Shown: positions 52,303 to 62,188, numbered from the stretch's first letter. The stretch: 64,000 nt of DNA from an uncultured bacterium (GCA_938028835.1 CALIMJ010000006.1:145710-209709); one strand, 5' to 3'. Numbers and translations are program-made. Notes: generated from the letters alone by a model not told the origin.

Positions 52303-53799
52303 ATGCCGATGACACCGAAGCGGGTCCGCACGGTCCTGTTTGGCCTAGGGCTGGCCCTGGTGCTGGCGCTGCCGGCGCCCAGCCAGTCTCCCGTCCTCAC
52401 CCTCCTGCACTTCAACGACGTCTACCAGCTCACCGCGGTGGACGGAGGGCGACGCGGAGGGTTCGACCGGCTCGCCACGGTGGTGAAGCGTCACCGCGCG
52501 CAGGAGCGCCCGAGCCTCCTCCTGTTCGCGGGAGACCTCATCTCGCCTTCGGTGGAGTTGTCCATCTTCAAGGGAGCGCAGCTCATCGACGGGATGAACC
52601 AGCTGGGGGTGGACGCGGCCACCTTCGGCAACCACGAGTTCGACTACGGGCCCGAGGAGCTGGTCAAGCGTGTCCGGGAGTCGCGTTTCCCGTGGGTCGT
52701 GAGCAACGTGTTCGCGCCGGGCCTGCGCCCGTTTCCCGGCGTGAAACCGTGGCTGGTGCTCTCCCCCGGAGGCGTGCCCGTGGGAATCGTGGGCCTGCTG
52801 ACGGAGGACACCGCGGTGCTCTCGTCCCCGGGGAACACCACCTTCGGCAACGTGTTCACCGTGACCCGAGAGGTGGTCCGCATCCTGCGGGCCCGCGGGG
52901 CCCGGGTGATCGTGGCCCTGACCCACCTGAGCATGGCGCAGGACCAGCAGCTCCTGAGGGAGGTGCCGGAGGTGGACCTGGTCATCGGGGGACACGAGCA
53001 CGACCCCCTGGTGGCCACCGTGGGAGGCCGGCTGGTGGCCAAGGCCGGCTCCGACGCCAAGTGGCTCGGGGTGACCCGCCTGAGCCTGGACGGGTCGCGC
53101 CGTGCCCACCACCAGCTGGTGGACGTGGACGAGCGGGTCCCCCCCGACCCCGAGATGGCCAAGCTGGTCCAGCACTACTCGGAGCGGCTCAGCAGGGAGC
53201 TGGAGGTCCCCATCGGGGAGACCACGCTACCCCTGGACGCCCGGAACGTCACGGTGCGCCAGCAGGAGTCCAACCTGGGGAACTTCATCGCGGACGTCAT
53301 GCGGGCCGCGGTAGGGGCGGACGTGGCCATCACCAACGGGGGCGGAATCCGGACCAACGCCCTGTTCCCCGCGGGGAGGATCACCCGCAAGGACGTCCTG
53401 GCGTGGCTCCCGTTCGGCAACGTGGTGGTCAAGGTGGCGGTGACCGGCGCGGTGATCCGTCAGGCCCTGGAGAACGGGGTGAGCCAGTGGGAACAGGTGG
53501 CGGGCCGCTTCCCGCAGGTGTCCGGGCTCCGGTACACCTTCAACCCGTCGCGACCGGCGGGCTCCCGCATCCTGGAAGTCCGGGTGGGTGACCGGCCTCT
53601 GGACGAGGCGGCCACGTACACCGTGGCCACCAACGACTTCATGCTCCGGGGCGGCGATGGCTACGCCATGCTGGCCACGGGTCAGGTGCTCGTCTCCCCC
53701 GTGGACGGCCCCATCATGGCCAACGCGGTGATGGAGGCCATCCAGAGGCTGCGGACCATCAGCCCGCGGGTGGAGGGGCGGATCACCCTGATCCGCTGA
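52303..53799 (+). CDS. Bifunctional metallophosphatase / 5'-nucleotidase
   Basis: Signal peptide, then 'LTLLHFNDVYQL' (calcineurin-like motif I), 'GNHEFDYG', and a C-terminal 5'-nucleotidase domain 'NGGGIRTN'. Confidence 0.85.
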   Translation: MPMTPKRVRTVLFGLGLALVLALPAPSQSPVLTLLHFNDVYQLTAVDGGRRGGFDRLATVVKRHRAQERPSLLLFAGDLISPSVELSIFKGAQLIDGMNQLGVDAATFGNHEFDYGPEELVKRVRESRFPWVVSNVFAPGLRPFPGVKPWLVLSPGGVPVGIVGLLTEDTAVLSSPGNTTFGNVFTVTREVVRILRARGARVIVALTHLSMAQDQQLLREVPEVDLVIGGHEHDPLVATVGGRLVAKAGSDAKWLGVTRLSLDGSRRAHHQLVDVDERVPPDPEMAKLVQHYSERLSRELEVPIGETTLPLDARNVTVRQQESNLGNFIADVMRAAVGADVAITNGGGIRTNALFPAGRITRKDVLAWLPFGNVVVKVAVTGAVIRQALENGVSQWEQVAGRFPQVSGLRYTFNPSRPAGSRILEVRVGDRPLDEAATYTVATNDFMLRGGDGYAMLATGQVLVSPVDGPIMANAVMEAIQRLRTISPRVEGRITLIR

Positions 53800-54350
53800 T
53801 CCCGCCTATCGGTCCCTCGCCCTGCAGGGAGGGGTCCAGGTCGGCAGCCATGGCCTCGCGGATGCGCCGCGCCAGGACCCTGCCGATCCCGGGGACCCGC
53901 GCGAGCTCTTCCACACTCGCGGTGGCGAGGCGTTCCACGCTGCCGCAGTGACGGAGCAGGACACCCGCGCGCTGAGGCCCTACCTGAGGCAGGGCCGCCA
54001 GCCGTCCGGTCCCTCCGTGAACACCGTGGGGATGCCGTAGGTCACGGCCAGCGTGGCGAGGGCGCCCCGCACGAAGTTGGGATGGACCTCCCGCACGCCG
54101 TACAGGCGCCGCCCTTCCACCAGGTACAGGGGACGCTCAAACGCCTGCCGGAGGCGCTCGGCTTGCAGGGCGAACCGCTTGCGCACCAGGGCTGCCACGA
54201 AGTCCGCCGCGGTCTTGCGCTCCACCCCCACCCGCGGGCTCAGCACGTAGTCGCCCACGGGCAGACCGGTTTCCAGCACCTCCGCGCCGAGGTTCCGGAG
54301 CCGGTCCGCCCGGACCGAGCTTCCCTCCAGTCCACGAGGATCTTCACCAC
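53793..54350 (-). pseudogene. XPF/ERCC4-type nuclease with C-terminal helix-hairpin-helix, interrupted by two frameshifts
   Basis: Hand translation of the minus strand gives three frames in succession: 'VVKILVDWREARSG' (start of the ERCC4 domain), 'LRNLGAEVLETGLPVGDYVLSPRVGVERKTAADFVAALV...GIPTVFTEGPDG' (ERK catalytic motif), and 'LAALPQVGPQRAGVLLRHCGSVERLATASVEELARVPGIGRVLARRIREAM' (HhH2). The frame breaks are near 54290 and 53995. Confidence 0.6.
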
Positions 54351-54483
54351 GCCGCCGGGTTTCGGCCTCCCCGGTGCGTCCTCCTTTCCGCGCACCGCGG
54401 CGCTACCCTAAATGCAGGGGGGACGGCCCCCGCCGGGATTTCCCTGGCGGGCAGCCCGACGCGTCGACACCCGGAGGACAGCC

Positions 54484-56043
54484 GTGCAGCTGGTGGTGTT
54501 GGACGGAGCCCGGACCATCGGGGGGACGAAGATCTACCTGCGGGAGGGACGGGCCGGGTTCCTGCTGGACTTCGGCCTGAACTACCAGCGCTGGGGCCAG
54601 TACTTTGACGAGTTCCTCAGACCCCGCACGGCCCGCGGCCTGTTCGACCTGTGGCAACTGGGACTGGTTCCACAGGCGGCCGGGATCTACCGCGAGGACC
54701 TGCTGGCGCCAGACTTCTCCGCGCCCCTGGGAGCGCCTGCCCTGGAGATCCAGGCGGCGTTCCTGAGCCACGCGCACCTGGACCACTGCGGCTTGGTGGG
54801 CGTGCTGCGATGCGATCTCCCCCTCGTGGCCTCGCGGCTGACCCTGGCCATCCTCAAGGCCCTCCAGGATACCGGGGCCGCGGAGTTCTACGGAGAGCTC
54901 GCGTACTGCCGACTGCGCAGGCCCAACCGGTCCGGGGAGCTGGAGGCGGACCGCAGCAGCGCTGGGTGCGTGGGCCGCCCCGCCCATGCTGCGGACGGTG
55001 CGCCGTCCCCGCAGCTGCAGCGCCTGTGGACCACCCTGCCCAGGCAGCGGCGGGCCCTGGACCCGCGGCCGGTGGCTCCTCCCGCGCCTGCTTACGGGGG
55101 AGTCCGCGTGCGCGTCTACCCCGTGGACCACTCCGTGCCGGGAGCCGTGGCCTTCGCCTTCGAGTGCTCCGAGGGGTTGGTGGTGTACACGGGAGACCTG
55201 CGGCACCACGGCCGCCACGCGCACCTGGTGGACACCTTCATCGCGGACCTCCAGCGCGAGCAGGTGCACGCCCTAGTGGTGGAGGGCACCCGCCTCACCC
55301 GGGAGACGCACGACCACGTCACGGAAGCCCAGGTGCTGGACAACGCCCGGACGGTGGTGGCCGCACGGCCCGGCCGGCTCGTGGTGGCGGACTTCGGACC
55401 CCGCCAGGTGGAGCGGCTGCAGACCTTCCTGCAGGCGGCGCACGAGACCGACCGCCAGCTGGTGGTCCTGCCCAAGGACGGGTACCTGCTGGAGGCCCTG
55501 GCCGCCGCGGACCCAGGCTTTGAGGAGATCCTCCGGCATCCCGCGCTGGCGTTTTTCGACCGACCGCGCCTGGTCCGCGACACCTGGTTGCGGGAGTTCA
55601 CCAACCGGCACCGCCACCGCCTGGTAGACGCAGAGGCCATCCGCCGGGACCCCGGCGCATACCTGCTGGCCTTCAGCTTCTTCGACCTCGTGGACCTCCT
55701 GGACGTGGATCCGCAGGACGGCGTGTACGTGTACTCGTCCTCCGAGGCGTACGGGGAGGACAACCGGGTGGACTTCTGGCGGCTGTGGAACTGGCTGCTG
55801 CGGCTGCGGATGGAGCCCCACGGCTTTCGGTGGGAGGGCGCCGACGAGCGGGGACGGCCCACCTTCGGAGGCGGCTTCCACGCCAGCGGGCACATCCACC
55901 CGGACGACCTACGGGACCTGATCCGGTCCGTCCGCCCCCGCTACGTGGTCCCGGTACACACGGAGAACCCGGCGTGGTTCGGGGAGAACCTCCGGGGTGA
56001 GCCCATCCGGGTGGTGCTGCTGGAGAACGGGGAAGTCCTCTGA
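54484..56043 (+). CDS. beta-CASP family metallo-beta-lactamase nuclease (RNase J / SNM1-like)
   Basis: MBL motif 'SHAHLDHCG', 'TGDLRHHG', beta-CASP motif B 'HASGH' and motif C 'VPVHTE'. A Pro/Arg-rich low-complexity insert lies at about 54900-55100. Divergent from the ERCC4 gene with 133 nt between the starts. Confidence 0.72.
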   Translation: MQLVVLDGARTIGGTKIYLREGRAGFLLDFGLNYQRWGQYFDEFLRPRTARGLFDLWQLGLVPQAAGIYREDLLAPDFSAPLGAPALEIQAAFLSHAHLDHCGLVGVLRCDLPLVASRLTLAILKALQDTGAAEFYGELAYCRLRRPNRSGELEADRSSAGCVGRPAHAADGAPSPQLQRLWTTLPRQRRALDPRPVAPPAPAYGGVRVRVYPVDHSVPGAVAFAFECSEGLVVYTGDLRHHGRHAHLVDTFIADLQREQVHALVVEGTRLTRETHDHVTEAQVLDNARTVVAARPGRLVVADFGPRQVERLQTFLQAAHETDRQLVVLPKDGYLLEALAAADPGFEEILRHPALAFFDRPRLVRDTWLREFTNRHRHRLVDAEAIRRDPGAYLLAFSFFDLVDLLDVDPQDGVYVYSSSEAYGEDNRVDFWRLWNWLLRLRMEPHGFRWEGADERGRPTFGGGFHASGHIHPDDLRDLIRSVRPRYVVPVHTENPAWFGENLRGEPIRVVLLENGEVL

Positions 56044-56056
56044 GAGGCGGGTCGCC

Positions 56057-57184
56057 TCACACCCCTGCCTTCCGCTCCCGCACCGCCACCCCCGCGGCCC
56101 GGGCCAGCTCCCGGTGGATGCGGGCGGTGCGTTCCACCTGCCCCTTGGCGGGGAACCGCTCGTAGAACCCGTCCGCCCGGAACATCCGCCGCAGGTCCGC
56201 CCACGGCTGCAGCCGCTCCTCCCAACGGCGGACGCGCCCTTCCTCCGGCTCGGCGTCCGTGGCCGCCAGGTCCGCGCACACCCGGATCATGGCCTTGAGG
56301 GTGACCGGACGCGTCACCATGTAGTTGGGATTGCCCCAGGCGTCCTGCCACACCCGCTCCGCGGCCCGGAGGAAGTCCCGCAGGACCCCGTAGTAGTCCT
56401 CGGGCCGCGTCCCGGATCGCTCGATCTCGGACCAGGTAGCCCGGGCCCAGCGGTGCAGCTCGTTGAACAGCTCCGCCTGCAGGATCCACTTCTCCTGGCG
56501 GCTCCGTCCGCCGGGCCGGTTGATCTTGTACCGCAGGGGGCTGGAGGGCTCCTCGTACAGCATGCGGGCCACGCGGGCCGCGAACTTCTTGTCGGGGGTA
56601 GCCTGCCACCAGGTCACGCGCTCGTACAGCTCCACCAGGTGGCTCTTGTTGATCCGGGTGGGCGTGGCGTTGATGATCACGAACATCTCCGCGGCGAAGT
56701 CCTCGCTGCGGCCGTCGAAGATCACGCACGGCACCTGGATGGTCCGGGCGTCCTCCGGCCGCTCGCGCCGGTAGAACTCCAGAGCCGCCAGGCGGTGCTG
56801 CCCGTCGATGATAAGGTACTTGCCCTCCGGCTCCCGCAGGTCCCCCACGCTCTCGTAGCGGTCCACGGGCTCGAAGCGCAGCGGCTCCGGGGTAAACAGC
56901 AGCACCGTGCCCGGAATGGGCGGCTGCTCGCCCGCGGTCTCGTAGAAGTTCAGGATCTCCCGGACCTTGCGCCTCGACAGCTGCCGCTGGAACGCCCGGT
57001 CGCTGCGCTCGATGCGGGCGATGAACTGGGCGATCTCGTCCCCCTCCGGCGCCGGCTCCGGCGCGATGGTCTCCCCCTCCCCGTAGAACCGGCTCATGAA
57101 GCGCACCTTCGCCAGCAGGTCCTCCGCGCGGTACGCGACGAAGTAAAACACCCCGTCCTTCTGCCGGATCTGTGTGGCCAGCAC
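56057..57184 (-). CDS. DGQHR-domain protein (DndB-like, ParB/Srx-fold)
   Basis: 375 aa containing 'YLIIDGQHRLAALEFY', the DGQHR signature shared with DndB and DUF262-type ParB-like nucleases. GTG start with a GGGAGG RBS. Confidence 0.7.
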   Translation of the reverse strand: MLATQIRQKDGVFYFVAYRAEDLLAKVRFMSRFYGEGETIAPEPAPEGDEIAQFIARIERSDRAFQRQLSRRKVREILNFYETAGEQPPIPGTVLLFTPEPLRFEPVDRYESVGDLREPEGKYLIIDGQHRLAALEFYRRERPEDARTIQVPCVIFDGRSEDFAAEMFVIINATPTRINKSHLVELYERVTWWQATPDKKFAARVARMLYEEPSSPLRYKINRPGGRSRQEKWILQAELFNELHRWARATWSEIERSGTRPEDYYGVLRDFLRAAERVWQDAWGNPNYMVTRPVTLKAMIRVCADLAATDAEPEEGRVRRWEERLQPWADLRRMFRADGFYERFPAKGQVERTARIHRELARAAGVAVRERKAGV

Positions 57185-57215
57185 AGCGACACCTCCCGGG
57201 TCTTCCGCCTGCGAG

Positions 57216-57250
57216 TATTGTAGCGAACACGTGTACGCACCGCTACAGCC
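57216..57250 (-). promoter_or_regulatory. Nested palindrome / candidate operator and -10 (TACAAT) upstream of the DGQHR gene
   Basis: Plus strand 'TGTAGCG-aACACGTGTacgcac-CGCTACA': a 7-bp inverted repeat flanks an 8-bp perfect palindrome ACACGTGT. On the coding (minus) strand 'gcTACAATactcgcagg' precedes the GGGAGG RBS. Confidence 0.4.
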
Positions 57251-57402
57251 GGAACAGCCGGCCCATCCACCGGCCCAGCAGCTTGTTGCGCAGCCGCCGC
57301 GGGTTCCCCGACGAGAACACCTCCAAGTCCCGCAGGAACCGGGCCAGCCGGTACAGGAGGCTTACCGTCCCCCGCAGGCCGCGCACGCCCCGCCCCCGTG
57401 CC

Positions 57403-60400
57403 TCAGCGCACCGCCACCGGCTCGGGGCTCTGACGCGCGATGCGCATGGACACCACCGAGGACACCCCAGGCTCCTCCGTGGTCACGCCGTACAGCACGT
57501 CCGCCGCCTCCATGGTGGCCTTGTTGTGGGTGATGATCACCACCTGGCTGCGCTGGGCCAGCTCCCGCAGCAGCTCCACCACCCGTCTCGTGTTGGCGTC
57601 GTCCAGGGCGGCCTCGATCTCGTCGAATACGCAGAACGGGCTCGGGTGGGTCTTCAGGAGGGCGAACACCCACGCCAGAGCTACCAGCACCCGCTCGCCC
57701 CCGGACAGCGCGGCCAGGGACCGGACTTTCTTCCCCGGAGGCTGGGCGCGAACTTCCACCCCCTCCTCCCCCTCTTCGGTGGTCGTGAGCTCCAGGAACG
57801 CTCGCCCGCCCCTGAAAAGCCGGCGGAAGCAGTCCTGGAAGTGCCGGTTCACCTCCTCGAAGGTCTGGCGGAACCGCTGGCGCAGTACCGACTCGAGCCG
57901 CGACGCCAGCTCAAAGACCAGCGCCGCGGCCTCCTCCACGTCCCGGGCCTGCACGGACAGGGCTTCGTAGCGCGCCTGCACGTCCCGGTAGTCGTCCAGC
58001 GCCTGCAGGTTCACGGGCCCCAGACCGGCCAGTAAGCCCTGTAAAGCCTCCACCTCCCCCAGCAGGGCGTCCCGGTCCAGCCGCTCCGGCGCCTGCGCAT
58101 CCAGGACCTCCGGAGAGGCCTGGTAGGCCTCCCGGAGCCGACGCTCCGCCGCCCCGAGCTCCGCGGCCCCCTGCGCCAGCCGCAGGTCCAACCGGTGCAC
58201 CTCTTCCTGTGCGGCCTGGCAGGTCTGGCGGGCGGAGGCCAGGCGAGGCTCCAGCTCCGCCGCGGACTGCTCTTCCCTGCCGCGGGCGGTGGCCGCCTGG
58301 TCGGCCCGCGCTCGGAGTCCGTCCAGGCGCTGGCGGGCCCACGCGGCCCGCTCCGCCGCCCGCTCCGCCAGCTCCCGGAACTGCCGGAGCTCAGCTTCCC
58401 GGGTCTGCAGCTCCGCCTGCAACCGCGCCTGCCGGCCTTCCAACATAGCCTCTTCCCGCTCCAGGTCCGCTAGCCGCGCCCTCGCCGCCTGGTTGTGGGC
58501 CTGAAGCTCCGCGTGCCGCACGTGCAGGGCGGCCACCTCTGCCGCGGCGGCCTGCACCGCGGCCTCCGCTTCGTGCTGGCGCCGGCGTGCCTCCTCCAGC
58601 TTCCCGCGGGCCTCCGCCAGCTCCACAGCCAGGCGGTCCAGATCCGCGGCCCACCGGCTCTCCTCCTCCCGGGTCTCCTGCAGCTGCTGGTGGACCTGGT
58701 ACAGTTCCCCCCGCACCTGCTCCTCCAGACCCGGCAGGCCTGCCTCTCTGGCCTCTGCCCGCGCGAGTTCCTCTCGCACCCGGTGCAGGTGAGCCTGAAG
58801 CCGCTCCACCCGCTCCTGCTCGCCCGCGAGCCTGATCCCCGCGGCCTCCCGCTCCGCGTCCAGCCCGCGCGCCTGCTCTCTCAGGTCCCCCTCGGCGCGG
58901 TCCAGGTCGAACAGGGACTGCCGCAGCGCCGCGATCTCCTGTACCCGCGCCAGCGGGGTCGAAGAACCGTTGCGGCGCACCAGCAGCAGGCCGTCAGCCG
59001 TCAGCACCTCCCCCGCAAGGGTGACCAGGCGGCCGCGCCACCCGGAAGACCAGACTTGCACAGCCGCTTCCAAGTCCCGCACCACCAGGGTGCCGTGCAG
59101 CCCGGCCCTCACCGCACGCTCCACCAGGGGCGGACAGCGGACCAGGTCCCGCGCCCACCCCACGACCCCCTCTGCCCCGGCCGGCAGGGGCAGCTCAGGA
59201 CCGGCGTCGCAGGCAACCTCCGTCACGAGGAAGGAGGCACTGTCCGCGTCCAGTTCCTCCAGGACCCTGCGGGCGACCTGCCACGAGTCCACCACCAGCG
59301 CAAAGAGCCGGTCCGCGAGGGCGGCTTCCACCGCGCGCCGGTGCTCGGGGTCTACGTCCAAAAGGTCCACGAGGGCCCCCCGCACGCCCGCGAACCGTCC
59401 CGGCTCGCTCCGCTGAGCCAGCAGCACGCGGCGCGCTCCCGCCTCGTAGCCCACCAGCTGCGCCTGCGCTTCCTCAAGCACTGCGAGCCGGGCCCGCTCC
59501 CTCTCCCGGCGCAGCTGCAGGTCCCGGTGTGCCTCCTCCAGCTGCGCCCTGCGGTCGGTGAGCTCGTCCCAGCGCTTGCGGAGTTCGGTCAGGCCGGCCG
59601 CGAGGGTCCGCAGCTGCCCGCCGACCTCCGCTTCCTCCGCCCGCAGGGCTGCCCGGCGGGCTTCCAGCTCGCGGCGCTCCGCCTCCAGCCGGTCCAGCTG
59701 GGCCTTCAGGGCCTGCGCGCGTGACGCGAGGGCGTCTTGGCGGGCGCGCGCCGCGTTGCGGGCGCTGTGCGCCTGGGCCCGAGCGTGTTCCAGTTCCACC
59801 ACGTCCGCCCGGGCTGCCTCCACGTCCGCCCGGGCCTGTTCCGCTGTTGCCTGGCAACCTTCGAGCTCCTGCTGCAGTTGCTGCAACTGACGGGCGCACG
59901 CCTCCGCCGCCTGCGCTCCGTCGGCCACCTCCTCGCGGAGGCGGGCCAGGGACGCACCGCAACCCTCGCGCTCCTGCACCAGCCGGTCGAGCTCCTGGCG
60001 GATGCGCTCCAGCATCTGCCCGGCCCCCGAGGCACGCTCCTCGCACAGCCGGGCGTCCTGCTCGGCGCGGCCCGCTTCCTCCAGGGCCCTCACCACCTCC
60101 GCCTGGAGTCCGGCCAGCACCTGAGCCGCCTGCTGCGCCCGGGCCCGCGCCAGCGAAAGCTCCCGCTCCACCGCCTCCTGGGCCGCCTGCGCCTGGGCGT
60201 GCCGCTGCCGGGCCGCCTCCACCTGAGCGGAGATCCGCCGGAGCTGCGCCCGTAGGCGGCGGTACTCGCCCACCTGCAGGTACAGCTCGGCACGGCGCAA
60301 CCGCTCCTGGTACTCACGGTGCAGGCTCGCCCGCTCCGCCTGGCGCGCCAGCTCCTGGGCACGTCCGTGCAGTTCCGCCAGCCGGTCCACGACCCGCGTC

Positions 60401-60962
60401 AGGTTCTGGCGCGCGTGCTCGAGCCGTCGCGCCGCCTCGTGATGGCGGCGCTTGTACCGCGAAAGCCCCGCCGCCTCCTCCAGCATGGCCCGCCGTTCTG
60501 TGGGGGAAGCATCCAGGACCGCGTCCACCTCGCCCTGGCCGATCAAGGCGTAGGCCCGGCCACCCAGGCCGGTCCCGAGGAACAGCGCCTGGACGTCCCG
60601 CAGCCGGCACGGCGTGCGGTTCAGGAGGAACTCGCTGTCGCCGGCCCGGGTCGCCCGGCGGGTGAGGGTGACCTCGGTGAACTCCACGGGCAGGACGCCG
60701 TCCTCGTTGTCCACCGTCAGGTGGACTTCCGCCATCCCGTGCGCCCGCCGGGTGCTGGTCCCCGCGAAGATCACGTCCTCGGTGCGCTGACTGCGCAGGG
60801 CCTTCCAGGAGGTCTCGCCCAGCACCCACCGGATCGCGTCCGCCAGGTTGCTCTTGCCGGACCCGTTGGGCCCCACGATGGCGGTGATCCCGGGCCCGAA
60901 CAGCAGCTCCGTACGGTCCGCGAAGGTCTTGAACCCGCTCAACTCCAGCCGCTTGAGGTACA
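57403..60962 (-). CDS. smc: Chromosome partition protein Smc
   Basis: 'MYLKRLELSGFKTF...GPNGSGKSN' Walker A, long coiled coils, a hinge 'RFAGVRGALVDLLDVDPEHRRAVEAALADRLFALVVD', and a C-terminal 'LSGGERVL...VFDEIEAALD' signature with D-loop. About 1186 aa; the 1300-aa ORF extension is spurious. Confidence 0.9.
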
Positions 60963-61009
60963 TGGTCCCCTCCGTCCGCGCCGCGTGTGTGCAAGACTGC
61001 GCTCCGCGG

Positions 61010-62188
61010 TCACGCTGCGTCCAGCAACGACCGGTACAGCTCCACCAGACGGCCCGCCACCCGCCGGGCGGAGAACCGCTCCGACTCCTGGCGCGCCTGG
61101 TCGGCCATCCACCGCCGCAGGCCCTCGTCCTCCACCAGCCGCGCCACCGCCTGCCCGAGGAGGTCCGGTGACGGATCCACCAGCAACCCCGTGCGGCCGT
61201 GCTCGACCACCTCCGCCACACCTCCCGCCCGCACGGCCACCACGGGTGTCCCGCAGGCCAGGGCTTCCGCCACCACAAGCCCCTGCGTCTCCGTGCGGGA
61301 CGCAAACGCGAAAACCCACGCGGCCTTCATCCACGCCACCACGCCCTCCCACGGCAGGGAGCCCAGGAACCGCACCCGGGCCTCCACCCCCAGCCGCCTG
61401 GCCAGCTGGCGCAGGGAGTCCAGGCTCGGACCGCCCCCCACCAGGACCAGGTAGGCGCCGTGAAGCCCTCGCGTGCGGGCGAACGCCTCCAACACCACGT
61501 CCATGCTCTTCTCGGGGGCCATGCGCCCCGCGGACACCACCAGGGGCGCGTCCGGGGGGATGCCGAACACGGTGGGATCCGCGGTCGCTACCCGCCCCAG
61601 CGCCTCCAGGTCCAGGGCAGCGGTTCCCACCACCTCCACCCTGGACCGCACGCCACGGGCCCGGAGGAACTCCCCCACCGCGCGGGTGGGGGCGACCACC
61701 AGGTCGCACCGGTTGCAGAAACGCACCACGTGCCACCGGACCCACCGCCTCGCCAGGAACCCGGGGATCAGGGGGGCGTAGTGCACGTAGTGCTCGTACA
61801 GGGTGTGGTGCGTGAACACCAGGGGGCGCCGGCCGCGACTGGCCGACGCCAGCCGGCCTGCGGCGAAGGGCGAGTGGGTGTGCACCACCTGCAGTCCCAG
61901 GTCGCGCACGCGGCGCTCCAGGTCGCCCACCAGGGGGACCAGCAGGGGAAAGTCGGGGTAGCGGGAGGTCGCCACGGACGGGAGACGGACCACGTCGGGT
62001 TCGTTGTCACGGTAGCCCGGGTGGTGGGGGGCGAACACCACCACCCGGTGGCCCTGCTCCCTCAGGGCCTGAGCCACTGCAGCCACGGAATGGACCACCC
62101 CACTGAGCCTGGGCCGGTAGGAGTCCGTGAACATGCCCACCGCCAGACCTCCCCGGTCCCCCTTTCCGGGCCCTGTTTTTGCGGACAC
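61010..62188 (-). CDS. Glycosyltransferase family 4 (GT-B fold)
   Basis: 392 aa with a C-terminal 'EGFGLVVAEALACGTPVVA' E-x7-E-like GT4 motif. Confidence 0.8.
   Translation of the reverse strand: MSAKTGPGKGDRGGLAVGMFTDSYRPRLSGVVHSVAAVAQALREQGHRVVVFAPHHPGYRDNEPDVVRLPSVATSRYPDFPLLVPLVGDLERRVRDLGLQVVHTHSPFAAGRLASASRGRRPLVFTHHTLYEHYVHYAPLIPGFLARRWVRWHVVRFCNRCDLVVAPTRAVGEFLRARGVRSRVEVVGTAALDLEALGRVATADPTVFGIPPDAPLVVSAGRMAPEKSMDVVLEAFARTRGLHGAYLVLVGGGPSLDSLRQLARRLGVEARVRFLGSLPWEGVVAWMKAAWVFAFASRTETQGLVVAEALACGTPVVAVRAGGVAEVVEHGRTGLLVDPSPDLLGQAVARLVEDEGLRRWMADQARQESERFSARRVAGRLVELYRSLLDAA

Noticed and set aside
56044-56060. Short hairpin GAGGCG-ggt-CGCCTC between the convergent beta-CASP and DGQHR genes as a bidirectional terminator
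   Set aside because: The stem is only 6 bp and there is no U-tract on either strand. It may be nothing more than the 13-nt spacer composition.
57403-61305. SMC as a DndD, Lamassu LmuB or Wadjet JetC defence ATPase
   Set aside because: The protein is full length (about 1186 aa). It has a canonical SMC hinge ('GALVDLLDVDPEHRRAVEAALADRLFALVVD'), long symmetric coiled coils, and a C-terminal signature plus D-loop. That matches housekeeping Smc, not the shorter defence paralogues.
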